From Vicinamibacterales bacterium (GTDB lineage Bacteria > Acidobacteriota > Vicinamibacteria > Vicinamibacterales > UBA8438): DNA of 64,000 nt. A program made the position numbers and the translations under genes. The notes under the pieces were generated by a model that was not told where the DNA came from, did no database searches, and was given only the letters and a program-made list of their open reading frames with translations. Positions 54,570-62,590 of the stretch are shown here, piece by piece (the first letter of the stretch is position 1; every line of letters begins with the position of its first letter). The stretch is from positions 898,462 through 962,461 of the forward strand of contig CBDBMW010000012.1 of NCBI GenBank assembly GCA_965207595.1. The letters run 5' to 3'.

Positions 54570-56219
54570 GTATTCGTTTAGCGCGTCGACGCCATGGACG
54601 TAGCGGAGCGGACGTTGCGACTGGGTGGTCTGCTACGACGTGAGGAGCGGCGGCGGTCGTTGGAGCTCGTCGGGCACGGTGGGGTTGGTGGCACGGAGCA
54701 TCGTGGCGATCAGCGGAGCGAGGTCGAGGTCCCGTTGGTGAGCCGTCCGGACGACGCTGGCGAGGACCTGCTGCGTGTCGGCCCCGTGGCGGGTGCGGTT
54801 GCCGCCACAGACCTTGCGGGTCACGACGGCGGGTCGGATGGCCTGTTCGGCGCGCCAGTTGGTCGCGTCGACGGACGGGTCCCAGAGGAAGGCGAACACG
54901 GCCGCGAACTCGGTGTCGAGATGCGCGGCGAAGCGCTCGGCGTCGTCGAGGGGCGGCGGCGCGGCGATGAGGCGACCGAGGCGGGCGAGCAGTCGACCGC
55001 GGACCGAGGCCAGACCGTGGTCGATCAGCTTCCCCTCGTCGCGACGGTCGCGCAGGGCGAGCCCGGCCTGCAGCACGGCTTCGAGCTCAAAGGCCCACGC
55101 GCTGTCGGGATGGTCGTCTCGAAGGTGCTTGCAGCGCCGGAGCAGGTGCGCCAGACACGTCTGGTGCACCGCGTCGTCGAAGCACCGATAGGGCGCCCAC
55201 CCGTCGCGGATGAGCACGCCGTTGAAGTCGGCCTCCAGGACGGTGAGGGCGTCGTCGAAGCTGCGGCCAGGGCAGATGGCGTAGACGGTGGTGTCCGGGG
55301 TGGCAAACACCCAGAGCCAGTGGCGCTCGCCGCCGACGCGCCAGCCGGTCTCGTCCGGGGTAACGACGGGCGCCTTGCGGACCTGCTCGCACAGGGCGGT
55401 GTAGGCCGGCGCGGCGTCGCGGGCTGCGCGATGCAGCACCTGCGCGAGGCCGCCCGGGGTGACGGTCAGCCCGAACCGGGTTCGGAGCAGATGGGCGACC
55501 TTCGCCAGCGGGACACCCAAGTGCGTGTGCAACTCCACGACCAACGCGACGACCTCCGGACCGAGCTGCGCGCTGGCGGCTCCCAGTGCATCGGAGGTCT
55601 GCAGCTGGTGGCGGCCCTGAACCCGCCGCCGACACTGCGAGCAGTGGCCGACGTCGATGTCGAAGCGGCGCACGAGGGGACGCACCACCGGGAGGTCTTC
55701 CTGGTACTGCGTCGCCACGCGGGTCACCTCGACCACGCCGCCGCAGTCCGGACACGCGGCCGGTGCCGACGCCGAGTAGTGCTCGTCGACCCGCGCCGGC
55801 CGCGGACGGAAACGCTTGGCGCCCGTAGGCCGCACCGGGGCGCCGACCGGGTCGCCCGCCGCGTCCTTGGGGGCCGTCCTTGGCAAAGGGGGCGGCTTGC
55901 CGGTATCCGGCTCGGCGCGCGGCCGCCAGTTGCTTCTCGAGGTGGTCGATCTTCCTTTTCAGGCGGTCGTTCTCACGCCGCAGGCGCTCGTTGCGGCGCT
56001 GCAGGCGTTCGTTCTCCTGTTGCAGGCCCGTGCCGTCGCCCTCGCCCCGCGTCCGCTCGCGGCGCCGCCGTTTCTCCTCCGAGCGTGGCTTCCGTTCCTG
56101 ACCGCCATTCCCAGGGCGCTCGTCAGGCACACAGGAATTATGCCATATTGTGAAAATTGTACAAGTACAAAATTATAGTTTGGCTACTCGCTCAATACGC
56201 GAACCCGGTAAACGAATAC
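54570..56219 (-). mobile_element. IS66-family element, single-ORF ISBst12-like type (1650 bp)
   Basis: The terminal inverted repeats are GTATTCGTTTA (54570-54580) and TAAACGAATAC (56209-56219). It is flanked by an 8-bp duplication and encodes an IS66-type transposase. Confidence 0.85.
54633..56130 (-). pseudogene. IS66-family transposase, interrupted by one frameshift
   Basis: The N-terminal leucine-zipper part (..ENERLQRRNERLRRENDRLKRKIDHLEKQLAAARRAGYRQAAPFAK..RPGRRPGAAYGRQAF) lies in the frame of track ORF 55087..56130. The rest (..RPRPARVDEHY..CPDCGG..DETGWRV..HWLWVF..) lies in the frame of 54633..55886. The switch is near 55800-55830. Confidence 0.8.
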
Positions 56220-56227
56220 CGCCTGCC
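56220..56227. repeat. 8-bp target-site duplication CGCCTGCC (right)
   Basis: It is identical to 54562-54569. Confidence 0.85.
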
Positions 56228-56259
56228 AACGCTATTGCTGTCGCGAAACGAACGTGCAT
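56228..56259 (-). pseudogene. displaced 5' end (start codon and first 10 codons) of the split secreted-protein gene
   Basis: ATG at 56257-56259 (minus) follows GGAGGAGAG. Joining 56259..56228 to 54569..53753 with one TSD copy removed gives an uninterrupted 849-nt ORF starting MHVRFATAIALAGVFGVGTGAQEP. Confidence 0.7.
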
Positions 56260-56378
56260 CTCTCCTCCGGTCTAGTGTCGCCCGCGGCGGAAGGCCGCGG
56301 GTCAACTCGCTGCGCGGCGGGTCTTCCGCGGGCGGTACTTCCGATCGTGCTAGGATATCCGCCTCCCAGGCGCGGAGG

Positions 56379-57164
56379 ATGTCGGTGTCCATTGCGATAG
56401 GCATGAACCTCGGACGGTACGTCTTGCTGGCTGCGGACACCAGAACGGTTTCCGAGACAGGCGAGATCCAGCGCGACGACACGAGGAAGATTCACAAGAC
56501 GTCGATGGGTCTCATCACAGGCACTGGATTGTCCGGCCTCTTGGAGCTGGTTGCGTCGGGTCTCGCCGAGACGAAGGTCACCGACACCGACCAGATCCTC
56601 GCGCTCATACAGGGGAGCAGGGACGATGTTCGGCGGCGACACTGGTACGCGCGTCCGAAGGTACGCGAAGCTGTCGAGCACGAAACCGGTTGGTTGTTCA
56701 CTTACGTTACGCCGGATACGGATCCGCCTAACCTCAGGCTGGCTGCATGGCACCCATCAAGAGGCGAACGGCTCGCTCTTTTCTCCCCGAACAGTGGGAC
56801 GGTGTTGTACCCACAAGAGTACTCGGATCCAGCGGCTCGTGCTTGCACGGAGCGCCTAGACGCCGAGATGGCGGCACCGACCGACGACTCATCGCTGGAC
56901 AAGAACATATCCCACAACATCCGACTGGCACTCAGCGTGATCCGTGAGGTCGCGCGGCGATCGCCCTCTGTGTCACCCCTCGCCACGATCGGGTTGTGCT
57001 TTGGGAACGGCGCGCCGGTAATAACGGACATCATAGGCCCCGAAGAGACCCCCGAAGTCAAGATTGTTGAGTCGGCCGACTCGGCCGCTTCGAGTCCGTT
57101 GGGCGCGCCACCGACTGGAAGGCATCCTTGCGGCCCTACCACTGGTGACTCCGGAGAACCCTGA
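56379..57164 (+). CDS. proteasome beta-subunit / Ntn-hydrolase (T1)-like protein
   Basis: Track ORF 56157..57164 starts inside the IS and was trimmed to ATG 56379. MSVSIAIGMNLGRYVLLAADTRTVSETGEIQRDDTRKIHKTSMGLITGTGLSG parallels the proteasome-beta/HslV/Anbu N-terminal signature. Confidence 0.5.
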   Translation: MSVSIAIGMNLGRYVLLAADTRTVSETGEIQRDDTRKIHKTSMGLITGTGLSGLLELVASGLAETKVTDTDQILALIQGSRDDVRRRHWYARPKVREAVEHETGWLFTYVTPDTDPPNLRLAAWHPSRGERLALFSPNSGTVLYPQEYSDPAARACTERLDAEMAAPTDDSSLDKNISHNIRLALSVIREVARRSPSVSPLATIGLCFGNGAPVITDIIGPEETPEVKIVESADSAASSPLGAPPTGRHPCGPTTGDSGEP

Positions 57165-57316
57165 GCCCCTCGCGACCCTGAGCGGCGGCGCCACCCCTGA
57201 GACATCTATCAGACAGGTGACAAGGCGCCGGCTCGGATGACCTTGCTGGATTTGGGGGCGAGCCGCTTCGCATGTGCCTTCGGGATCGCGTGGCCTCGCC
57301 ACGACCTTGGCTTGAC

Positions 57317-57347
57317 GACCCTCAGCCTGCGTGTCAGGCTGAGGGTC
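57317..57347 (+). other. perfect 13-bp stem / 5-nt loop hairpin abutting a start codon
   Basis: GACCCTCAGCCTG-cgtgt-CAGGCTGAGGGTC ends 1 nt before ATG 57349. Confidence 0.7.
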
Positions 57348-57348
57348 C

Positions 57349-57579
57349 ATGACCGAGGAGGACGACGCCGGCCCCTCGGAAGACGATCTGGACCCGGACT
57401 CCGACGCGGCAGTTGATTGGGACGACAGACCGGCGGTCGAGCAGGAGAATCTCGACCCTCCAGATGAGGACTCGGAAGGGTCGGCCTGGAGCCGCTACCG
57501 CGGCGAGAGTTCTGGCTCAGCTGATCCGCCTTGGAACCTGTCGCCGATCGACCTGCGGCCCCGGTGGGGAACGTCGTGA
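57349..57579 (+). CDS. small highly acidic hypothetical protein
   Basis: The 76-aa product has a D/E-rich N-terminal half (MTEEDDAGPSEDDLDPDSDAAVDWDDRPAVEQENLDPPDEDSEG). Confidence 0.35.
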   Translation: MTEEDDAGPSEDDLDPDSDAAVDWDDRPAVEQENLDPPDEDSEGSAWSRYRGESSGSADPPWNLSPIDLRPRWGTS

Positions 57580-57809
57580 CCGTTCTCAACTACCCGCGTC
57601 ACTCCGTCGAATCCGGGACTCCCCGGCAGAGTCCAACTAAACGGGCAGACGCGCTCTGGCTCACGCACCTGATGGATGCCTTGGATGCCCCGAAGTTACT
57701 CATACGTCTGGCAGAAGATGCACACCGCAGTCAGCTCCCTCTGCGGCGCGGGCTCGTTTGCGGAGCGCCTGGAAGGGGCGACCGTTTCCGGCCTTGTGTT
57801 GCTCGGTGA
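57576..57809 (+). CDS. hypothetical ORF, possibly the 5' part of a frameshifted gene
   Basis: GTG 57576 overlaps the previous stop (GTGA). The product reads VTVLNYPRHSVESG..ALWLTHLMDALDAPKLLIRLAEDAH.. The frame becomes Arg/Gly-rich after ~57725. Confidence 0.3.
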   Translation: MTVLNYPRHSVESGTPRQSPTKRADALWLTHLMDALDAPKLLIRLAEDAHRSQLPLRRGLVCGAPGRGDRFRPCVAR

Positions 57810-57996
57810 GGAAGATGTCGGTGAGGACCTCCGGGAGGATCTCCGATTCATCCATCGTTGGACGAAGAATAATGTGGCCGGTGGACACCTCATCAAGCCC
57901 CTGGAGGCTCAGGATCAGTCGCAGCTCGTAGAGAAGATGTTTCACGTCCTCTACGAGTCTCGCGAGCGGGATAGGTCGATTCGAAGGGGAGCATAG
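57676..57996 (+). CDS. hypothetical protein
   Basis: The sequence is protein-like from ~57720 onward (..TAVSSLCGAGSFAERLEGATVSGLVLLGEEDVGEDLREDLRFIHRW..VEKMFHVLYESRE). It overlaps the previous ORF in another frame. Confidence 0.35.
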   Translation: MPWMPRSYSYVWQKMHTAVSSLCGAGSFAERLEGATVSGLVLLGEEDVGEDLREDLRFIHRWTKNNVAGGHLIKPLEAQDQSQLVEKMFHVLYESRERDRSIRRGA

Positions 57997-58118
57997 GCGA
58001 AGGACCGCGCCAGTTTCCGTCAGTTTCCGGGTGCGTGCGCCCCACGCGTCCCTCGGTTCCGCGTGCCATCCCTGGGCCTCCGCGGGTGGGTCTTCAGGGT
58101 GCGCGGGGTCCACGCCCG

Positions 58119-58670
58119 TCACGAGCCTCGGGCTTGGCCTCGCCGCGCAACCGACATCTCCTGAGCTACCCTGGCTCCAGTGGATGTGATCACATACCGT
58201 GCTGAGGTAGACCGTCGACTCTCGCAGCGGATGAACTCTCCTGTCTCCAGAACGTGGATCGCTGATGCGAGCCTGAGCGCCTCCGCGGCGGTGGCGGAGG
58301 CTGCCTGCGTGCCACCGACCTCGATTGAGATTGGTTCATCGACCCTCAGATCGACGCCGCTATAGCTGTGGCCGGCTGTCCATACCCGTCCGGTACGGCG
58401 GAGCCTGCCGTCGGGAGCCTCGGCTACGAGGTAGAGGAGGTGCCCCGGCAGTGTTGCCATGGAGCACTGCCGCCAGTCGGCTAACAACCACGCCGCCGGT
58501 TTGGCCGACAGATGTACTTCCGGTCGCACTGTCGGTGTGTCTGCCGGATCAGGATCGGCGTCACGCAGACGTAGGATCTCCGGGCTACGCCTTTGCCGTC
58601 GGAACGTCGGCACCCACCTGGACACCACAGAGGCTAACAGCGAGACCAAGAAGTCCACGATGACGGCCAC
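58119..58670 (-). CDS. hypothetical protein with an N-terminal hydrophobic segment
   Basis: The 183-aa product starts MAVIVDFLVSLLASVVSRWV... No family was recognised. Confidence 0.45.
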   Translation of the reverse strand: MAVIVDFLVSLLASVVSRWVPTFRRQRRSPEILRLRDADPDPADTPTVRPEVHLSAKPAAWLLADWRQCSMATLPGHLLYLVAEAPDGRLRRTGRVWTAGHSYSGVDLRVDEPISIEVGGTQAASATAAEALRLASAIHVLETGEFIRCESRRSTSARYVITSTGARVAQEMSVARRGQARGS

Positions 58671-58899
58671 TGACGTCTCCTAGAGCCGTCTGGCGCTACG
58701 TGTTACGAGCGCCACCCTCTCAGATAGAGGTGCTGACGGTGGGTGCCGCACAGCTACCAGCCGCCGGTCCACCCGTCTGGCCGGCGCCCAGATCGTCATC
58801 CCACCCGGCGCACCCTGCGTCGAGATCGCCATGGCTTTGCCAGGTACGCCAACCGCCATCTGGCGCACAGGGGGATCTGAACCGGACACAGTCGACAAC

Positions 58900-59397
58900 C
58901 TACTCGTCGGGATTCTCCTCCCGTTGTGCGTCTCCCGAATCACCCGCCGCTCCGACTCGCTGCCGGAACCCCTCAATGCGGTTCGACGGCACCACCGCCT
59001 CGTCGAAGCCTGGTAGCGGACGATACTCACCGCACCAGTCTGTGCGCTTCGTCTCCGGCCAGGCTGTCTCGACGTTCAGGAACAGCCTCGCTGGGTTTCC
59101 ACCATATCCGCCGAGTTGAACCAGCTCCTTCGCCACTAGGCTTGGTGGGTTCCTCTGGCAGTAGCAGTTGTCCCAGGTCTTGTGGCTGACACCGCCAGAG
59201 GAAGACAGCGTCCGCTTGGTACCAGAGTGCCTCCGGTAGAACACACAGTTGGCGCAGCACTGGGTTGTACTCAGCCAGTCTTCTTCGGACAGGAACTTGG
59301 CCCCGGCCTGCCTGTCCTCTGCGGACTCGGTCAGTTCTCGCAGACGGGCTCTAGCAGCCTGCCTTCGATCCTGTGCGCGGGGGTCCGGTTCTGTCAT
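58900..59397 (-). CDS. Cys-rich hypothetical protein
   Basis: Track ORF 58900..59760 was trimmed to ATG 59397 (MTEPDPRAQDRR..). It contains CCANCVFY..CYCQRNPP..WPETKRTDWCGEY. Confidence 0.45.
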   Translation of the reverse strand: MTEPDPRAQDRRQAARARLRELTESAEDRQAGAKFLSEEDWLSTTQCCANCVFYRRHSGTKRTLSSSGGVSHKTWDNCYCQRNPPSLVAKELVQLGGYGGNPARLFLNVETAWPETKRTDWCGEYRPLPGFDEAVVPSNRIEGFRQRVGAAGDSGDAQREENPDE

Positions 59398-59772
59398 CTG
59401 GCTTCTCCGTCGGCCAGTGGATCGGATTCTCGTGGTCAGACGCTGCACTTGGCCGGCCCGCCGCAGTCTCTCCGGGACATCAGGGATCTTACTCGGACGA
59501 CGCCAACCTGGGGCGGGTCGTCGGGGATGCTGGCCAATGCTGGCCGACGCCGACCGGATGATCCGGGCCATCACCGCTTGTTGGAGGATTCCTGCCTGGC
59601 CTGCCGATCCGTCACGCGATCCTCTTGACTGGTCCCCCGCGAGTCCCCTGCGGCAAGCACCGTGCCAACAGCAGTCCTGGCACGGACCTTGTCGGGCGCG
59701 AGAGGAGTGAGATGAGAGCAGACTGGATCGACCGGACGTTTCTGTTGCTGGTACCCTCACGAGGTTAGTGTC

Positions 59773-59946
59773 TCAGCTTGATCCACCAGCCCGTCGAACG
59801 AGCACGACGAAGGCGACGACCAGAATCGCGACTCCCACCACGCCGGGCCCGCCGATCGCGAGGAGCGCGTCGGGGAACAACCAGACGGCGAGCCCGCAGA
59901 CGACGAGCCACAGCACGAAGGCCGTGCCGAGCACGTCGCCGCGCAT
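59773..59946 (-). CDS. possible small two-TM protein
   Basis: The sequence MRGDVLGTAFVLWLVVCGLAVWLFPDALLAIGGPGVVGVAILVVAFVVLV is hydrophobic. The start is uncertain. Confidence 0.3.
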   Translation of the reverse strand: MRGDVLGTAFVLWLVVCGLAVWLFPDALLAIGGPGVVGVAILVVAFVVLVRRAGGSS

Positions 59947-60180
59947 CAGAAGTACTCCTCGCTGAAGGCATCGGCCCATGGGCCGGATCATGCCACACGA
60001 GTGCTGCATCAACGAAAGCCCTAGCCCGCGACGCTTCGATTCTGAGTTCGGAATCCCGCACAGAAGTACGCGACGACTGCCCAGGCTGGGATGACCAGAT
60101 TGGGTATTCCGGACATCGTGAACGCTCATCGGTAGCCGTGATCGCCGCACGCTGCGCCCATCCGAGAGGAGGGCGAGGCG

Positions 60181-61737
60181 ATGGCGGCAGCGAGGCTACT
60201 GATGAGGAAGATTCGTGAGATCCTCCGGCTCAAGCACGAGCAGGGGCTGTCGCACCGGGCAATAGCCCAGGCGTGCTCGATCGGCGTCGGGACGGTCACG
60301 CTGTACCTGCAGCGGATGGCCCGGCGCGGGGTGGGCTGGCCGTTGCCGGCCGAGCTCGACGACGCGGCCCTCGAGGCCCAGCTGTTCTCGCGGGCCGCGC
60401 CGGTGCGCAACCGGGCGCGACCCGACTGCGCGTACATCCACCGCGAGCGCAAGCGCGACGGCGTCACGCTGCAGCTCCTGTGGGAGGAGTACGCCCAGGT
60501 CCATCCCGACGGCTACCGCTACACGCAGTTCTGCGAGATCTACCGGCAGTGGGCGCGGCGGCTGCGGCCGTCGATGCGGCATGTCCACCGGGCCGGCGAG
60601 AAGACGTTCATCGACTTCTCCGGTAAACGGCCGACGGTGGTCGACCCCCGGACGGGCGAAGCGCGGCGCGTCGAGCTGTTCGTCGCCGTGCTCGGCGCCA
60701 GCAGCCTCACCTACGCCGAGGCGACCGAGAGCCAGCAGCTGCCCGACTGGGTCGCCGCCCACATCCGGATGGTCGAGTACTTCGGGGGCACGACCACGCT
60801 GTGGGTCCCCGACCAGCTCAAGAGCGCGGTCACACGTCCCTGCCGCTACGAGCCGGGCGTCAACCGGACCTACGAGGACCTCGCCGCCCACTACGGCGCC
60901 GTCGTGCTGCCCGCGCGGCCGAGGAAGCCTCGGGACAAGGCCGCCGTCGAGGGAAGCGTGCTCGTCGCCCAGCGGTGGATCCTCGCGCGCCTCCGGGACC
61001 AGACCTTCTTCACCCTCGGCGCCCTCAACACGGCGATCCGCGTGCTGCTCGACGAGCTCAACGACCGGCCGATGAAGAAGCTCGGCGTCAGCCGCCGCGC
61101 CCTCTACGAGCAGCTCGACCGCCCCGCCCTCCGACCCCTGCCGGCCGACCGCTACGTCCTCGCCCAGTGGAAGCGGTGCCGCGTCAACATCGACTACCAC
61201 GTCCTCGTCGAGCGCCACGCCTACAGCGTGCCGTTTCAGCTCCTCCGCCAGCAGGTCGAGGTCCGCTACACCACGGCGACCGTCGAGGTCTTCTTCAAAG
61301 GCCGCCGGGTGACGTCCCACCCGCGACGCTACGACGGGCAGCCGTCCACCGTCGCCGAGCACATGCCGAGCGCCCACCGCGCCCACGCCGAGTGGACGCC
61401 GTCGCGCCTCATCCGCTGGGCCGAGAAGGCCGGCCCCGCGACCGGCCAGCTCGTGGACCGCATCCTGCGCAGCCGCCCGCATCCGGAGCAGGGGTACCGG
61501 GCCGTCCTCGGCATCATGCGCCTGGGGCGGCAGCACGGCAACGACCGGCTCGACGCCGCCTGCGCCCGCGCCATCGCCCTCGGTTCCTGCCGCTTCGACA
61601 CCGTCAGGAACATCCTCGCCGCCGGCCAGGACCGGCTGCCCTTCGAGCCGCCCGCCGAGACGGCACCGACACCCGCGCACGACAACATCCGCGGCGCCGC
61701 CTACTACGCCGCGACCACCCGGGAGGACCCATGCTGA
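60181..61737 (+). CDS. istA: IS21-family transposase IstA
   Basis: The HTH N-terminus reads MRKIREILRLKHEQGLSHRAIAQACSIGVGTVTLYL. The DDE core carries ..EKTFIDFSG.., ..LWVPDQLKSAV.. and ..PARPRKPRDKAAVEGSV... Confidence 0.9.
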   Translation: MAAARLLMRKIREILRLKHEQGLSHRAIAQACSIGVGTVTLYLQRMARRGVGWPLPAELDDAALEAQLFSRAAPVRNRARPDCAYIHRERKRDGVTLQLLWEEYAQVHPDGYRYTQFCEIYRQWARRLRPSMRHVHRAGEKTFIDFSGKRPTVVDPRTGEARRVELFVAVLGASSLTYAEATESQQLPDWVAAHIRMVEYFGGTTTLWVPDQLKSAVTRPCRYEPGVNRTYEDLAAHYGAVVLPARPRKPRDKAAVEGSVLVAQRWILARLRDQTFFTLGALNTAIRVLLDELNDRPMKKLGVSRRALYEQLDRPALRPLPADRYVLAQWKRCRVNIDYHVLVERHAYSVPFQLLRQQVEVRYTTATVEVFFKGRRVTSHPRRYDGQPSTVAEHMPSAHRAHAEWTPSRLIRWAEKAGPATGQLVDRILRSRPHPEQGYRAVLGIMRLGRQHGNDRLDAACARAIALGSCRFDTVRNILAAGQDRLPFEPPAETAPTPAHDNIRGAAYYAATTREDPC

Positions 61738-61991
61738 TCGAAGAGACCCTCGACAAGCTCAACGCCATGAAGATCGGCGCCATGGCCGACGCCTGCCGCC
61801 AGCAGATGCAGACCGACGAGGCCGCCGCGCTCGCCTTCGAGGAGCGTCTCGGTCTCCTCGTCGACGCCGAATGGACCGCCCGCGAGCAGCGCAAGCTGCA
61901 GCGGCGACTCCACTCCGCCAAGCTCCGTTACCCGGCGACGCTCGAGGCCGTCGACTTCAGCCACCCGCGACGGCTCAACCGCCAGCAGGTC
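61731..61991 (+). pseudogene. istB: IS21-family helper ATPase IstB, only the N-terminal ~87 codons retained
   Basis: ATG 61731 overlaps the istA stop. MLIEETLDKLNAMKIGAMADACRQQMQ..EERLGLLVDAEWTAREQRKLQRRLHSAKLRYPATLEAVDFSHPRRLNRQQV is IstB-like. After ~61991 there is no Walker A and the frame runs on as unrelated sequence to 62207. Confidence 0.75.
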
Positions 61992-62495
61992 ACTACGCCT
62001 GGCACGGAGGGCCGGGCGTTCGCGTTGCACGACCCTGACCGCCCGTTTCCGGCGGCTTGTCGCGATCCCTTCGGCGCGGCGTTCGAGCTGTTGTCGGGAG
62101 GCAGATGCTCCGGAAGCGCCCGCGGCGGATGCGTGGGAGACCTGGCGCAACGGGTTGTCGCGAGTGAGCGCCCGAGGGTCGTCTGCTACAGTCCCGCTGC
62201 GTCCTAGTTCCGCCGTTCGGGCGATCGGACCGCGGGCCGGTCCCGAGCGCGGCTTCTCGCGGCGACCGGCCGGCGGAGACGGTGGGTTGAACATCAGAAG
62301 GTGCAGCTTGGACTCCCGTCAGCGACGAGCCGGAACGCACCCAAGTACTCCGCGAGGGTGGGGCAACTCTGGCCGGGTTTCCGGGGAGAGCCTGAGCCGT
62401 CCGCTGATGTCCGATTCAGAATTGGGGGCAAGAAGAGGAGGAGGTGGACTTCCTTGGGAGATAAGTTTCTACTTTGCAAGTGTTTACGGACGCAT

Positions 62496-62511
62496 GGTGG
62501 CGGAGAGAGTG
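62496..62511. repeat. proximal att-like direct repeat within the 3' end of tRNA-Ser
   Basis: GGTGGCGGAGAGAGTG is identical to 50686-50701. Confidence 0.75.
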
Positions 62512-62590
62512 GGATTCGAACCCACGGTAGGAGGATCACCCCTACACACGCTTTCCAAGCGTGCTCCTTCAACCACTCGGACATCTCTCC
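62498..62590 (-). tRNA. tRNA-Ser (anticodon GGA)
   Basis: The minus strand reads GGAGAGATGTCCGAGTGGTTGAAGGAGCACGCTTGGAAAGCGTGTGTAGGGGTGATCCTCCTACCGTGGGTTCGAATCCCACTCTCTCCGCCA. It has a 7-bp acceptor stem, a CACGC/GCGTG anticodon stem with loop TTGGAAA, a long variable arm, a GTGGG-TTCGAAT-CCCAC T-arm and an encoded CCA. Confidence 0.9.

Larger units (their letters stand above)
50686..62511. mobile_element. composite tRNA-Ser-associated genomic island (~11.8 kb)
   Basis: The evidence is the 16-bp direct repeats, a P4-type integrase, an integrase remnant, two IS elements, and cargo that is more AT-rich and has no recognisable families. Confidence 0.7.
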
